Shown: in pieces, positions 33,763 through 44,294 of the stretch
How the letters are laid out: each line of letters begins with the position of its first letter
Position numbering within the stretch: position 1 is the first letter of the stretch
Assembly: GCA_045605745.1 (NCBI GenBank)
Contig: JAZUQN010000031.1
Coordinates: forward strand, 1-51,940
Origin: Eubacteriales bacterium
GTDB lineage: Bacteria > Bacillota > Clostridia > Oscillospirales > CAG-272
DNA length: 51,940 nucleotides
Direction of reading: 5' to 3'
Made by a program: the position numbers and the translations under genes
The notes under the pieces: model-generated
What the model was told of the DNA's origin: nothing
The model's input: the letters and a program-made list of their open reading frames with translations, nothing else
Database searches by the model: none

Positions 33763-35859
33763 TCATCCCTCTGAAAATACGATCTTATCTCCCACAGGAG
33801 GATTATAAGAATGTGTGCGGTTTTGACCAAATGTTATAGATTTGGGGCAGTTTAATGCATTATACATAGCAGCAACTCCGGCAGGAGGACAAAGTGTGTC
33901 TCCAAGTCCTGCACTGATTGAAACCGTGCACTTTATGCGTGCGGCAAAGCTTGCCGTATCAAAATAGCCAAGACCTTCGGCAAAATCCGGTCTGAAGGTA
34001 CTCTTGATTCGCTTTCCGTCAGTAGAGGCGCCAATGTCGCAGAGCCAAGGAACACCTGCGCTTATATAGTCTACATCCTTATCAAGGGCAGCAAGAGCGA
34101 TAACCTGGAAACCGCCCTGGCTTGATCCCGTCAGTTCAATAGTGTCTCCGTCCCAAAGATTAAGTCCGCTTGAGCCGAAATATTCCTTCATAAATCTGAG
34201 TGCTTGCAGATCTCGGAGGAGCATATAGCGATAATATACATTCATTGGATCAGCATTTTCACTTGCATACCAGCCGTATTTATTTAACTCATTACTCTTT
34301 AGAGAGTTATAATATGAGTCCTCCTCGCCCTGCTCAATGCTGTGAGCGCAAACGGTGAAAACGATATGGGAGCCGCTATATGAAGGCTTTGTGGAGTTAA
34401 CCCCATATCCCTGGAATCTCGCCTGAATTTTCAGAGACTTTGGTGAAGCATTTGAGGGATATGTCAGATATCCGGCAAGATATGTTTCACCTGTCCATTT
34501 AGTGTTTCCTGCACAGGCTATCTTCATTTTATAAGCCTTGTAGCCGCTGTTTCCCTTGATTTCTTCCATTTCTATGATCTCGGGTGCAACGCCGTCAAGC
34601 TCCTCTATTGCCTTTTCCCAATATTCATCGAAATCTGAGGGTTCTTCCTTTGTGATAGTCAGAAGCTCGGGATGAACTCCCGCAGCACCGGAAAATCTGA
34701 TTTCTTCATCTATCTCTTTTCCGTCAGCACCCATTGCTTTAACGGTTACCATAACGAAGCCGTTATTTTGAAGGGATGTTTTCAGGCTCAGCGTTCCGGT
34801 TGCTCCAAGCTCACTGCCCGAAGAGGATTGACCATCATCACCAACTATTGACCAATCGAAACGTGCACAAGAAGACAATTCTCCGTTAGCAAAAAGAGCA
34901 ATATCAAATATAATTTCTTCACCTATCTCATATGAAAGAGCGTCTTTGTTTGTTTGGCACACAAAGTAACGCTCATCATCCTCACCGAAAAGCTCAAATG
35001 CCGGAGGATATGCACCGGTTTTTGAGAGAGCAAGCTCATACACCTCGCCAGGAACATTTTTGCCGTCAAGCTCTTTTTCAAATGCACTTACGGAGAAATA
35101 GAGTCCGGTTGCGGTGTCGGCCTCTAAATAGATATTTCCGTCATTTAGTATTTTTGAAGAAAAATATCCTATCTCAAAATCGGTGTCGACCTGAAGGGAA
35201 ATATAATGCCCCTCTTTTTTGTCGGTTAACTCAGGTGTTTTGCCGATTGAAGCAAATATTGCATTACTTATTCTCTCCACGAGAGCATTGGGCACACCGT
35301 CAGAATAGATTTTAAACTCCGAAAGGTCTGCATCGCCTACCATTATTTTGGGTGCAACATATGTATAAGTGTAGCTTTCGCCGCAGATGAGGGTTAAGGA
35401 ACCTTCCTTAATATAATTCTCAATAAAATAATCAACAGCCTCCACTGTTGAAGCATCAGATCCGCCAACAATTGCAACCTTTGCTCCGTCAAAGCTTATA
35501 TTAAAGTCTTTTTCCGAAAGGCCTGATGCGGCATCCTTGCTGTTTTGACGATTGGTGTTTCCAATTAGTATCTCAAGGTCTATTTTTGTTCCGTAATCAG
35601 TTTTGATTTTTGGGAGATTACCCGTTGCCTTTTTGATCTCCTTGCAAAGCTTTGAGGCAACATCCTTGATGGATTTGTCACAGGTGTCGGATCTGACAAT
35701 TGTATATTCACAGCCCTCGCTGTCAGCTAAAACAACACTTTCTCCGTTTTTATAAATCTGAGATGCCTCGTTTGTATTATCGGGAGCCTTTGTACAAGAG
35801 GAAATGGCAATTGCTATGCAAAGCAGAAGCAGAGCTACACTGTTTTTTAAATTTTTCAT
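33763..35859 (-). CDS. surface lipoprotein with a C-terminal CE7-type acetyl(xylan) esterase domain
   Basis: The lipobox is AISSC. The C-terminal ~300 aa carry PSDFDEYWEKAIEEL and the GSSQGG nucleophile motif. The N-terminal ~250 aa module is shared with the GH26 lipoprotein at 41789. Confidence 0.65.
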   Translation of the reverse strand: MKNLKNSVALLLLCIAIAISSCTKAPDNTNEASQIYKNGESVVLADSEGCEYTIVRSDTCDKSIKDVASKLCKEIKKATGNLPKIKTDYGTKIDLEILIGNTNRQNSKDAASGLSEKDFNISFDGAKVAIVGGSDASTVEAVDYFIENYIKEGSLTLICGESYTYTYVAPKIMVGDADLSEFKIYSDGVPNALVERISNAIFASIGKTPELTDKKEGHYISLQVDTDFEIGYFSSKILNDGNIYLEADTATGLYFSVSAFEKELDGKNVPGEVYELALSKTGAYPPAFELFGEDDERYFVCQTNKDALSYEIGEEIIFDIALFANGELSSCARFDWSIVGDDGQSSSGSELGATGTLSLKTSLQNNGFVMVTVKAMGADGKEIDEEIRFSGAAGVHPELLTITKEEPSDFDEYWEKAIEELDGVAPEIIEMEEIKGNSGYKAYKMKIACAGNTKWTGETYLAGYLTYPSNASPKSLKIQARFQGYGVNSTKPSYSGSHIVFTVCAHSIEQGEEDSYYNSLKSNELNKYGWYASENADPMNVYYRYMLLRDLQALRFMKEYFGSSGLNLWDGDTIELTGSSQGGFQVIALAALDKDVDYISAGVPWLCDIGASTDGKRIKSTFRPDFAEGLGYFDTASFAARIKCTVSISAGLGDTLCPPAGVAAMYNALNCPKSITFGQNRTHSYNPPVGDKIVFSEG

Positions 35860-35876
35860 ATTGTTTCTCCTAAAAA

Positions 35877-36752
35877 TTATTTCTGATGTATGGCACTGCT
35901 TCTATATTCAAGCGGTGTTTTTCCGTTGGCAATTCTAAACACTCTTATGAAATATGAAACAGAATGAAAACCTGATTGGGCACTGATATCAGCTATCGAA
36001 AGATCAGAGCTCACCAGCAGATTAGTAGCATAATTAAGCCTTAGCCGCTGGACATAGTCAGTGAAGGGCATCCCAGTTTCTCGCCTAAACAGCTCACCAA
36101 TATAGTTCGGGGTAAGGTGTACCTCCTCAGCAAGCTTTGCAAGGCTTACAGATTCTCTGAAATGTATACGAAGATAACTGACTATATAGCGCACATTACT
36201 GTCCTTTTGGGGAGTTTGCCGCACATATCGTGTGGAATTTTTTGTAAGTGCTCTCCAAAAAATTATAAATATTTTTTCAAAGTGAGCACGAATCATCATT
36301 TCTCTAAGGGGCTTGTCCGTATTATATTCTTCTGTCAGTGCTTTAAACTCTCCGTATAAAACATCATAGTCCTCTCCCGAAACAATAACGGACATGGGCG
36401 CATTGTATTCTCCCAAAAGCCTTATCATTTCAGAGGATATGGCATATTCGTTGAAATTAACATTATAATATTTCATATCCCCATATTCATCCTTTCGGTA
36501 TAGGGTATGAAAATCTGAAGGCGTCAGCAAATGGATCGAGCCTCGGCGAACATCTAATGATTCACCGTTTAGTATATGAACGCCCTCGCCTTCACAGAAG
36601 AATTCCATTTCAAAATAATCGTGCCAATGAAATGCATTTACAAGAAGGGGATCATATTTGTAGTTTCTTTCCTGGATTTTGAAATATGTAGCATTTTCGG
36701 TGTATTTGCGGTCCTCGGTTTGATAAAGAAACAGCTTATTTTCTCTTGGCAA
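35877..36752 (-). CDS. AraC family transcriptional regulator (cupin plus HTH)
   Basis: 291 aa. C-terminal HTH LAEEVHLTPNYIGELFRRETGMPFTDYVQRLRLNYATNLL...SYFIRVFRIANGKTPLEYR. Confidence 0.8.
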   Translation of the reverse strand: MPRENKLFLYQTEDRKYTENATYFKIQERNYKYDPLLVNAFHWHDYFEMEFFCEGEGVHILNGESLDVRRGSIHLLTPSDFHTLYRKDEYGDMKYYNVNFNEYAISSEMIRLLGEYNAPMSVIVSGEDYDVLYGEFKALTEEYNTDKPLREMMIRAHFEKIFIIFWRALTKNSTRYVRQTPQKDSNVRYIVSYLRIHFRESVSLAKLAEEVHLTPNYIGELFRRETGMPFTDYVQRLRLNYATNLLVSSDLSIADISAQSGFHSVSYFIRVFRIANGKTPLEYRSSAIHQK

Positions 36753-36863
36753 AACAATTCACCTTCCTTTGCATGATTTCTTTTTATGCCTATTATACAT
36801 AGATTTTTCCAATTTGTCAACAAAACAACCGTGATTTTTTATATCAATTCCGTTAATAGCTTC

Positions 36864-36892
36864 TTGCAATTACACGGTATGAGCTGTATAAT
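36864..36892 (+). promoter_or_regulatory. sigma-A promoter of the GH2-to-GH26 operon
   Basis: TTGCAA, a 17-nt spacer, then TATAAT. Confidence 0.6.
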
Positions 36893-36927
36893 ATAAATAT
36901 AACAAATCGCCAGAAGGGAGAAAATTT

Positions 36928-39366
36928 ATGAACGGAAAATTTGTACTGGACGGCAATTGGTCTCTTAGCTATGTGGAAAATAAAAAATTCAAAACAGAGA
37001 AACCGATTATTAATACCATAGAGGACATAAAAAAGATTGGATATGATACTGTTCCTGCAATTGTCCCCGGAAATCTTGAAAGAGATCTTTTTCGTGCCGG
37101 AGTTATTGATGACCCTTACTATGGCTCGAATTCTATAGAATATCAGCGCCTTGAAAAGCTGCATATGTTCTATTACAGAACGTTTAATATCGAAAAAAAG
37201 ATATCTGAGGAGATTGTTCTTAATTTTTACGGAATTGACACTGCATCTGAGATTTTTCTCAACGGAGAAAAGATAGGTGAAACCGAAAATATGCTCATCT
37301 CCCATTCCTTCCATGTTGCGGATAAAATAAGAGAGGGAGAAAATGAGCTTATAGTGCATATTATTCCTGCCTGCATTGCGGCAAGAAAATATCCTATCGA
37401 TCCCGGAACAAGGGTGGGTGCACATCACTCCTGTGGAATCGCACTGCGCAAGGCTCCACATATGTTTGGTTGGGATATTATGCCAAGGATAGTTTCAGGC
37501 GGAATATGGAAATCAGTGACGCTTACGCAGCTCGGCGAAGATCGTATTGATGACGTTTATATCTATGCTGTAAAGGTTGATCCGAAAAAAAACTCTGCCT
37601 CTCTTGCCGTTAATTTTAATTGTCATTTGGGAGAAGATGACCCAAAGGAATACTCGGTCAGATTAACGGGAGTTTGCGGTGACAGCGTTATCGAGCATAA
37701 TGTTCAAAGGCTGTGGCACACTGCCGAGACATTTCTTTTCAATGTTGAAAACATTAAGCTTTGGTGGCCCCATAATTATGGAGAGCCAAATGTTTATAAA
37801 TTTAAGACAGAGCTTTTGCATATGGGTAAGGTTGTTGCAGATTACAGCACAAAAATCGGTATCCGCATGGCTGAGCTTGACAGAACCGATATGACAGACG
37901 ATAGTGGCAGAGGCGAATTTGTTTTCCGCATAAACGGAAAGAAGATTTTTGCTATGGGAACTAACTGGGTTCCTGTTGATGCCATACACTCCTTTGACCG
38001 CGACCGACTTCCAAGGATTTTGCCAATGCTCAGCGACACGGGATGCAATATCATAAGAATTTGGGGCGGAAATGTTTATGAGGATGATATCCTGTATGAT
38101 TACTGCGATGAGCACGGAATTATGATATGGCAGGATTTCATTATGGGATGTGCCCTCTATCCCCAGGACGAAGATTTTAAAAGCCGCCTCTATATAGAAG
38201 CCATCGCCGCAGTCAAGCGACTTCGCTGCCACCCTTCAATAGTTCTTTGGGCAGGGGATAACGAATGCGATGAGGCTTATTTCTGGAGTGCAAGGCTTCC
38301 CTATGCACTTCCTTCCCAAAACGCAAATACAAGAGTGGTTCTTCCTGCGGCACTTCGTGTTGCCGACCAAACAAGACCCTATCTTGCATCTTCTCCTTAT
38401 CTTTCGGATGAAATAGTTGCTTCGGAAAGAAGATATTATGCCTCGGAAAACCATCTTTGGGGCCCCCGTGACTATTTCAAGGGCAAATTTTATAGCACGA
38501 ATGTATGTCACTTTGCTTCAGAAACAGGATATCACGGCTGTAATTCTCCCGATGCTCTTGCACGGTTTATTTCCCCCGATCAGCTCTGGCCCTGGACTGA
38601 TGATAAAAAGCCGGAGAGAGGCGTTCTTTGGGATAGAAACAAAAATCTTGCCAAGCCCGATTGGCTCACACACGCTGCTTGCGTCACAAATGACGGAAGC
38701 TCAGGCGAGAGATATCGCATCCCTCTTATGGCAAACCAGGTCATAACCCTTTTCGGTGAGCAACCGGTTGATCTGTTTACCTTTGCCTATCAAAGTCAGA
38801 TCTCGCAGGCAGAGGCAAAGAAGTTCTTTATCGAGCGCTTCCGTGCTTCAAAATGGAGAAGGACGGGCATCATTTGGTGGAATCTCATCGACGGTTGGCC
38901 TCAGATATCCGATGCTGTTGTGGACTATTATGGCTACAAAAAGCTGGCATACCACTATATCAAGCGTTCTCAGCAATCCCTGTGCTTTATTTTTGTAGAG
39001 CCTCAAAACGGAGTTCTGCCGCTAAGGGTTGTAAATGATCTGCAGGAGGATAAAAGGGTCAGCTTCAAAGTTACAGACTTAACAAACGATGATGTACTTA
39101 TCGATAGCACAATAACCGCCAAGGCAGATGTTGTAACTCCGGTTTGGAACAAGGATATGATCGAGGGCGAAAAACGCTTCTATCTTATTGAATGGGAGCT
39201 TGACGGAGTTAAATATAAGAATCATTATTTCACGAATATCATTGATATCGATTATGATTATTATGTTAAGTGCATGAAAAAGGCGGGCTTCTTTGAAGAA
39301 TTTGAGGGTTTTGGCGATGCTCACAAGAGAAGGAGCGAAGAGCTGCCTTATGTTTTCACAAAATAA
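36928..39366 (+). CDS. GH2 family beta-mannosidase (no signal peptide)
   Basis: 812 aa. RIWGGNVYEDDILYDYCDEHGIMIWQDFIMGCALYP matches the beta-mannosidase catalytic-region signature. The N-terminus LDGNWSLSY is typical. Confidence 0.75.
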   Translation: MNGKFVLDGNWSLSYVENKKFKTEKPIINTIEDIKKIGYDTVPAIVPGNLERDLFRAGVIDDPYYGSNSIEYQRLEKLHMFYYRTFNIEKKISEEIVLNFYGIDTASEIFLNGEKIGETENMLISHSFHVADKIREGENELIVHIIPACIAARKYPIDPGTRVGAHHSCGIALRKAPHMFGWDIMPRIVSGGIWKSVTLTQLGEDRIDDVYIYAVKVDPKKNSASLAVNFNCHLGEDDPKEYSVRLTGVCGDSVIEHNVQRLWHTAETFLFNVENIKLWWPHNYGEPNVYKFKTELLHMGKVVADYSTKIGIRMAELDRTDMTDDSGRGEFVFRINGKKIFAMGTNWVPVDAIHSFDRDRLPRILPMLSDTGCNIIRIWGGNVYEDDILYDYCDEHGIMIWQDFIMGCALYPQDEDFKSRLYIEAIAAVKRLRCHPSIVLWAGDNECDEAYFWSARLPYALPSQNANTRVVLPAALRVADQTRPYLASSPYLSDEIVASERRYYASENHLWGPRDYFKGKFYSTNVCHFASETGYHGCNSPDALARFISPDQLWPWTDDKKPERGVLWDRNKNLAKPDWLTHAACVTNDGSSGERYRIPLMANQVITLFGEQPVDLFTFAYQSQISQAEAKKFFIERFRASKWRRTGIIWWNLIDGWPQISDAVVDYYGYKKLAYHYIKRSQQSLCFIFVEPQNGVLPLRVVNDLQEDKRVSFKVTDLTNDDVLIDSTITAKADVVTPVWNKDMIEGEKRFYLIEWELDGVKYKNHYFTNIIDIDYDYYVKCMKKAGFFEEFEGFGDAHKRRSEELPYVFTK

Positions 39367-39401
39367 TCCGAAATTAAAAGGAAATTAAAAGGAAATAGAT
39401 A

Positions 39402-40382
39402 ATGTACTACTTAGGCATTGATATCGGCGGCACAAAATGTGCTGTCAGCCTTGGTTGCGAGATTGAAAAGGATTTTTCGATATGCGACAAGGTAAAATTT
39501 CTCACCGCAGATAAGACACCCGGTGAGGTTCTTGATATGTTTCTTTTGGAGAGCAAGAGGCTTCTCACATCACATGGTCTGGGCTTTTCGGATGTTTCAG
39601 GCATTGGAATCAGCTGTGGCGGACCTCTTGACGCAAAAAGGGGAATAATAATGTCTCCCCCAAATCTTCCGGGGTGGGATGAGGTTCATATAACCGAGTT
39701 TTTCGAGAAAAATACGGGAATAACAACAAAGCTTCAGAATGATGCCAACGCCTGTGCTGTTGCAGAATGGCTTTTTGGCGCCGGAAAGGGCCTTGGAAAT
39801 GTGGTATTTCTCACATTTGGAACAGGTCTTGGCGCAGGCCTTATTCTTGACGGAAGGCTCTATAGCGGAACAAACGATATGGCAGGCGAGATCGGTCATG
39901 TGCGCCTGACAGAGGGAGGTCCGATCGGCTATGGAAAGTTTGGCTCCTGCGAGGGATATTGCAGTGGCGGCGGCATTGCACAGCTTGGAAGAATTGCGGT
40001 AACAGAAGCACTTGCACGAGGTGAAAAGCCAAAGCTTCTAAAGGTTGCCGGTTCTATGGACAAAATTGATGCAAAACTTATTGCAGAGCTGGCTGAAAGT
40101 GAAAAGGACGAGCTTTGTCTTGAGGTTTATCGCAAATGCGGAGAAAAGCTGGGGCAGACTCTTAGCATTCTTGTTGACATTCTCAATCCTGAGATGATCA
40201 TTCTCGGTGGGGTGTTTATGAGAAGCCATCATCTTCTTGTTCCTTCTATGGAAAAGGTTATGAAAAACGAATGCCTGTCTTATGCAAAGAAGGTCTGCAG
40301 AATTGCTCCTGCAGGACTTGGCGAAAACATAGGAGACTATGCCGCACTTTCTCTTGCAACCCTTGCGGCAAAAGATAAATAA
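39402..40382 (+). CDS. ROK family sugar kinase
   Basis: YLGIDIGGTKCAVSLG, NDANACAVAE and GEIGH motifs. Confidence 0.8.
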   Translation: MYYLGIDIGGTKCAVSLGCEIEKDFSICDKVKFLTADKTPGEVLDMFLLESKRLLTSHGLGFSDVSGIGISCGGPLDAKRGIIMSPPNLPGWDEVHITEFFEKNTGITTKLQNDANACAVAEWLFGAGKGLGNVVFLTFGTGLGAGLILDGRLYSGTNDMAGEIGHVRLTEGGPIGYGKFGSCEGYCSGGGIAQLGRIAVTEALARGEKPKLLKVAGSMDKIDAKLIAELAESEKDELCLEVYRKCGEKLGQTLSILVDILNPEMIILGGVFMRSHHLLVPSMEKVMKNECLSYAKKVCRIAPAGLGENIGDYAALSLATLAAKDK

Positions 40383-40407
40383 TAAATATTTAAAAGGAGC
40401 TTATAAA

Positions 40408-41094
40408 ATGGAAAAAAATCTTTTTAATGCCCCAAATGGGCAGTTTGATATCGGATATTACGTATTTCTTCCAAAGGACTATTCTGCGGAAAAGAAATAT
40501 CCTATGGTGGTTTTCCTTCATGGTGCAGGTGAGCGAGGCAATGGCAAGGATCAGCTTGAAAAAATAAAGAAGAACGCTCTGCCGAAATACGCCTCCGAGG
40601 GCAAGGAATATCCTGCTATTCTTCTCTGTCCTCAGTGCCCCGGAAGGATCGTTTGGAACAACATTGTCTTTGAGCTTAAAGCTCTTATAGATAAGGTTGC
40701 CGCAGAATATAATGCAGATATGAGCAGAATAAGCATAACAGGAATCAGCATGGGCGGCTTTGGAACCTGGGAAATGGGATTGACATTTTCTAATTTCTTT
40801 AGCGCAATAGCGCCTGTATGTGGTGGTGGTCTTTCTTGGAGATGTGAAAATCTAAAGAATATGCCAATTTGGGCATTTCACGGAGATGCCGATAATGTGG
40901 TTCCGCCTAAAAATTCCCTTGAAATGGTTGACAGTGTTAATGCTAAGGGCGGAAAAGCAAAGCTGACTATTTTTCATGGTGTTGAACACGACAGCTGGGT
41001 GAATGCATATGAAGAGACTAATGTTGTTGAATGGCTCATCTCTCAGAGGAGAGATGATTTTAGCCAGAACAAGGAAGCTTTTGATGAATTTTGA
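40408..41094 (+). CDS. alpha/beta hydrolase (carboxylesterase / prolyl-oligopeptidase-like fold)
   Basis: FLHGAGERG. GISMGGFGTW nucleophile elbow. FHGDADNVVP. AAGGAG RBS before the ATG at 40408. Confidence 0.7.
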   Translation: MEKNLFNAPNGQFDIGYYVFLPKDYSAEKKYPMVVFLHGAGERGNGKDQLEKIKKNALPKYASEGKEYPAILLCPQCPGRIVWNNIVFELKALIDKVAAEYNADMSRISITGISMGGFGTWEMGLTFSNFFSAIAPVCGGGLSWRCENLKNMPIWAFHGDADNVVPPKNSLEMVDSVNAKGGKAKLTIFHGVEHDSWVNAYEETNVVEWLISQRRDDFSQNKEAFDEF

Positions 41095-41106
41095 TAGGAG
41101 CTCAAC

Positions 41107-41763
41107 ATGAAGGATTCTGTAAAACTTATTTTTGAGGAGCTTTTCAGGAGATATCCGGAGCTTGATGCTTGCCGTGATTCTATTCTCAAAGCTTACAATA
41201 TGATCTGCGCCACCTATGAAAAGGGAGGAACTCTTTTCATAAGTGGAAACGGTGGAAGCTGCTCAGACAGCGAGCATATTGTTGGTGAGCTTCTCAAAAG
41301 CTTTAAATTCAAAAGGAAAATATCTCCCGAGCTTTCGGAAAAGCTTTACTCTCTGGGCGAGGCCGGCAGAGCCCTTTCAAATACTCTTGAGGGGGCGCTT
41401 CCTGCAATTTCGCTTTGCGGTCACAGTGCACTGACAACAGCATTTTTAAATGACACCGAGCCTAAAATGACCTTTGCACAGCAGCTCCTTGGACTTGGAA
41501 AGTCCGGCGACACGCTTATGGTTATTTCAACCTCCGGCAATTCGGAAAACTGCGTCTATGCGGCAACGCTTGCAAAAGCTATGGGGATTCATACAGTTGC
41601 AATGACGGGAAAAAAGGAAAGCAAGCTTTCGGAGCTTTGTGATATAACAATAAAAGCACCTGAGCTTGAGACCTACAAGATACAGGAAAAGCACCTGCCG
41701 ATTTACCACGCACTTTGCGCTATGATAGAAGAAACATTTTTTGAGAATACAGGTCATAAATAA
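41107..41763 (+). CDS. SIS domain sugar-phosphate isomerase (GmhA-like)
   Basis: LFISGNGGSCSDSEHIVGEL and STSGNSEN motifs. Confidence 0.7.
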   Translation: MKDSVKLIFEELFRRYPELDACRDSILKAYNMICATYEKGGTLFISGNGGSCSDSEHIVGELLKSFKFKRKISPELSEKLYSLGEAGRALSNTLEGALPAISLCGHSALTTAFLNDTEPKMTFAQQLLGLGKSGDTLMVISTSGNSENCVYAATLAKAMGIHTVAMTGKKESKLSELCDITIKAPELETYKIQEKHLPIYHALCAMIEETFFENTGHK

Positions 41764-41788
41764 ACTTATAATATTTTTAAGGAGTTAT

Positions 41789-43756
41789 ATGAAAAAGATT
41801 TTTTCGATTTTCTTGATAGCTCTTGTAATTGCTTTGGCGGTATCCTGCAAAAAAGATAACAAAACAGCCAACAGTGATGAGAGCACAAACGCCCCCGTTG
41901 TTACAGATGCTCAAACATCAAAAAAGGACATCGAAACCGAAATAAAGGAACCCGAGGGCATCACAGAGCTTGAAAAACTGACGATATCGCTTGACGGATA
42001 TGTTATCATTCGTGGTGGAAAAAATGTTAATGCTACAAATTTTCAGGAGAGTGTTCTTTTAAGAAGCGGAATAGAAATTCCTATTTACGACAGTTGGCAA
42101 GCAGATGGGATGACAGAGCAGAAAAAAGAGATACTCATCGGTGACACAGGCAGGTTCGAGAGCTCTGAGGCACTTAAAGATATCCGCATAAATGACTACC
42201 TTGTTTCGTTGGTTGGTGACAAAATAGTTGTTGTTGGCGGAAGCTCAAAGTCAATATTTAAGGCCATGCAGTATTTAAGCGACAACTGCCTCTCATTGGA
42301 TGGCAAAAGCCTTTCGATTCCAAAGGATGGCTATCGCATTTCTGATGAATATATGTTTGAAAATTTAACCATTGACGGTATCCCTGCTTCCGAATTTAAA
42401 TTCTATAATGCAGGCTCGCTGACAAACGGTAGAGAGATGTTTGATTGGTTCTCGGCAGAGGTCGTTGGTGCAGATATGAAAACTGCCGAGAAAATGGTTG
42501 AGGGAGAGCACTATATAATTCTTGATGATACATCATTTAAGGCTTATGAATATGACATAAAGATAGAGGATGGAAATCTCATAGTTCGTGGCAGTTATTT
42601 CACTGCAAAGCACGCAAGAGAGCATTTTATGACCAGCTTTCTTTCCGATATTTCAGCAAAAAGCAGAACATATAACCTGACGAGTGCCGACAATGTTCAT
42701 GTTGTCACCGACACCAAGGATATCTACACAAAGGATCAGCTTTACAAAGCCCTTGAGCTTGTCTATAACGATAATGAAAAATTTATTGTTGGAGAAGAAG
42801 CAAATAAACTGACAACAGCATTTGATACTATGGAAAGATTTCGCAAATATTCGGGCAAATATCCTGCGCTTCTCGGAAACGATCTTGGTTGTTACGGACT
42901 CGATCTGCGAGATATAGATAAATCTCAGTGGAGCAAGGCGATTTGCGAATATGTTGACTTCGCTTCAAGGGGTGGAATTATCACTTTTAGCTCTCATTGG
43001 CGCAACCCAACCGGCAATTATAAATATGATTGGGCAGATTGCCGTCAGCTTCTTGGCAAAGAGGATAAATGGGTTGAGCTTCTCACCGAGGGTACAGCAC
43101 TAAATGCAGAATTTAAGGAGCAGATAACTGTTGACGGAATGTTTTTGCAGGCTCTGCGTGACAACGGTGTGCCCGTTATTTGGCGTCCTATGCACGAAAT
43201 GAATGGCTCATTTTTCTGGTTCTGCATAGAACAGGGAGACTATGTTCTTGATGCAAAATATTTTGTGAATATGTGGAGATATGTTCACGATTATTACACA
43301 AATGAGCTTGGTCTTGACAATCTGCTTTGGGAGTATGGCCCAAATATTTCAAACGGAAATTATCAGGATGTTATGTATTGCTACGTTGGCGATGATTATT
43401 GCGATCTTGTGAGCCTTGACTGGTATACAAAGGGCAATTATGAGATAGAAGGTTCGGGAATGTCCTATAAAAAGCTTATGGAAACAGGAAAGATCACAAA
43501 CATGGGTGAATTTGGTCTTTCGGACAACCTTGAAGCAGATGAGGCCAGATACCAAGAGCGTGTTTTCTCGGCTATGAATCTCCTTGAAGATATAATGCTG
43601 AGAATGGTTAATGAGAATGGTTATAAGATGGCATACCTGCTTACATGGACGGGGCGAGACACAATTGGCAGTATGATGCGTGCAGAGCAATTTATGAACA
43701 GTGGATATATAATAGACCTTTCGGAAATGAAAGAGATTTTTGATTCGCTAAAATAA
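41789..43756 (+). CDS. surface lipoprotein with a C-terminal GH26 (beta-mannanase family) domain
   Basis: The lipobox is LAVSC. VIWRPMHEMNGSFFWF, YVGDDYCDLVSLDWY and NMGEFG match the GH26 catalytic regions. AAGGAG RBS before the ATG at 41789. Confidence 0.7.
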   Translation: MKKIFSIFLIALVIALAVSCKKDNKTANSDESTNAPVVTDAQTSKKDIETEIKEPEGITELEKLTISLDGYVIIRGGKNVNATNFQESVLLRSGIEIPIYDSWQADGMTEQKKEILIGDTGRFESSEALKDIRINDYLVSLVGDKIVVVGGSSKSIFKAMQYLSDNCLSLDGKSLSIPKDGYRISDEYMFENLTIDGIPASEFKFYNAGSLTNGREMFDWFSAEVVGADMKTAEKMVEGEHYIILDDTSFKAYEYDIKIEDGNLIVRGSYFTAKHAREHFMTSFLSDISAKSRTYNLTSADNVHVVTDTKDIYTKDQLYKALELVYNDNEKFIVGEEANKLTTAFDTMERFRKYSGKYPALLGNDLGCYGLDLRDIDKSQWSKAICEYVDFASRGGIITFSSHWRNPTGNYKYDWADCRQLLGKEDKWVELLTEGTALNAEFKEQITVDGMFLQALRDNGVPVIWRPMHEMNGSFFWFCIEQGDYVLDAKYFVNMWRYVHDYYTNELGLDNLLWEYGPNISNGNYQDVMYCYVGDDYCDLVSLDWYTKGNYEIEGSGMSYKKLMETGKITNMGEFGLSDNLEADEARYQERVFSAMNLLEDIMLRMVNENGYKMAYLLTWTGRDTIGSMMRAEQFMNSGYIIDLSEMKEIFDSLK

Positions 43757-43770
43757 AACCGGTTAATATT

Positions 43771-43804
43771 TTAGGCTGGGCACATTTGTGCTCAGCCTAT
43801 TTTG
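43771..43804 (+). terminator. intrinsic terminator of the GH2-to-GH26 operon
   Basis: AGGCTGGGCAC / GTGCTCAGCCT stem followed by TATTTT. Confidence 0.7.
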
Positions 43805-43824
43805 ACGTTAACAGATAAATTTTT

Positions 43825-44120
43825 TATCGTGGAGCTGCCTTTTCACAAACAAGAGCACACTGCGAGTTTTCTGTGTGACAATCGGTTATCACAGACGAGA
43901 GCAGTGTGCGGTATGATACACCCTTATTGCGCCGGTCGTCCATGGCGCAATAAGGAAAATAGAATGGCTGACAGCGACATAAGAAAATGCAGAATTGCAT
44001 TTTCGTGGGAGCGTCGGTCTGACTAAGGAAGGGAGTCCTTAGAGGGAAACGCAGTTTCCCTCTAAGTGCGCTTTCGTGTCTTTGGCGCATACCAAAGACA
44101 CTGCCATGCGGCATGAGCAA
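43825..44120 (+). repeat. left arm of the foldback (multi-hairpin module H1-H5)
   Basis: Stems are at 43855-43909, 43922-43955, 43983-44004, 44038-44066 and 44076-44101. Confidence 0.8.
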
Positions 44121-44294
44121 CCGGAGAGAAAACTAATCTCTTTGGTTATTTTAAATGATAAGAATTACTTTATTATCTTAGATTTACTTATATATAAATT
44201 AATAAATTAGGATTATAAGAATTGTAAAGTGTTTAATATACAGTGTTAAAGAAATAACTGCTCAATTTATCAGATAAGCATCGTTTCTTCTTTT

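Noticed and set aside
43802-44120. 74-aa (+) and 98-aa (-) ORFs inside the left foldback arm.
   Set aside because: They have no RBS. The equivalent frame in the right arm is interrupted (…CAC AAA AAA TAG). The apparent peptide similarity among repeat copies follows from nucleotide identity alone.
44121-44294. AT-rich foldback core as an invertible promoter (inverton) or a divergent promoter pair.
   Set aside because: I found no convincing -35/-10 pair with proper spacing in either direction. No recombinase or invertase gene is nearby. The idea is kept only as a hypothesis within the foldback finding.
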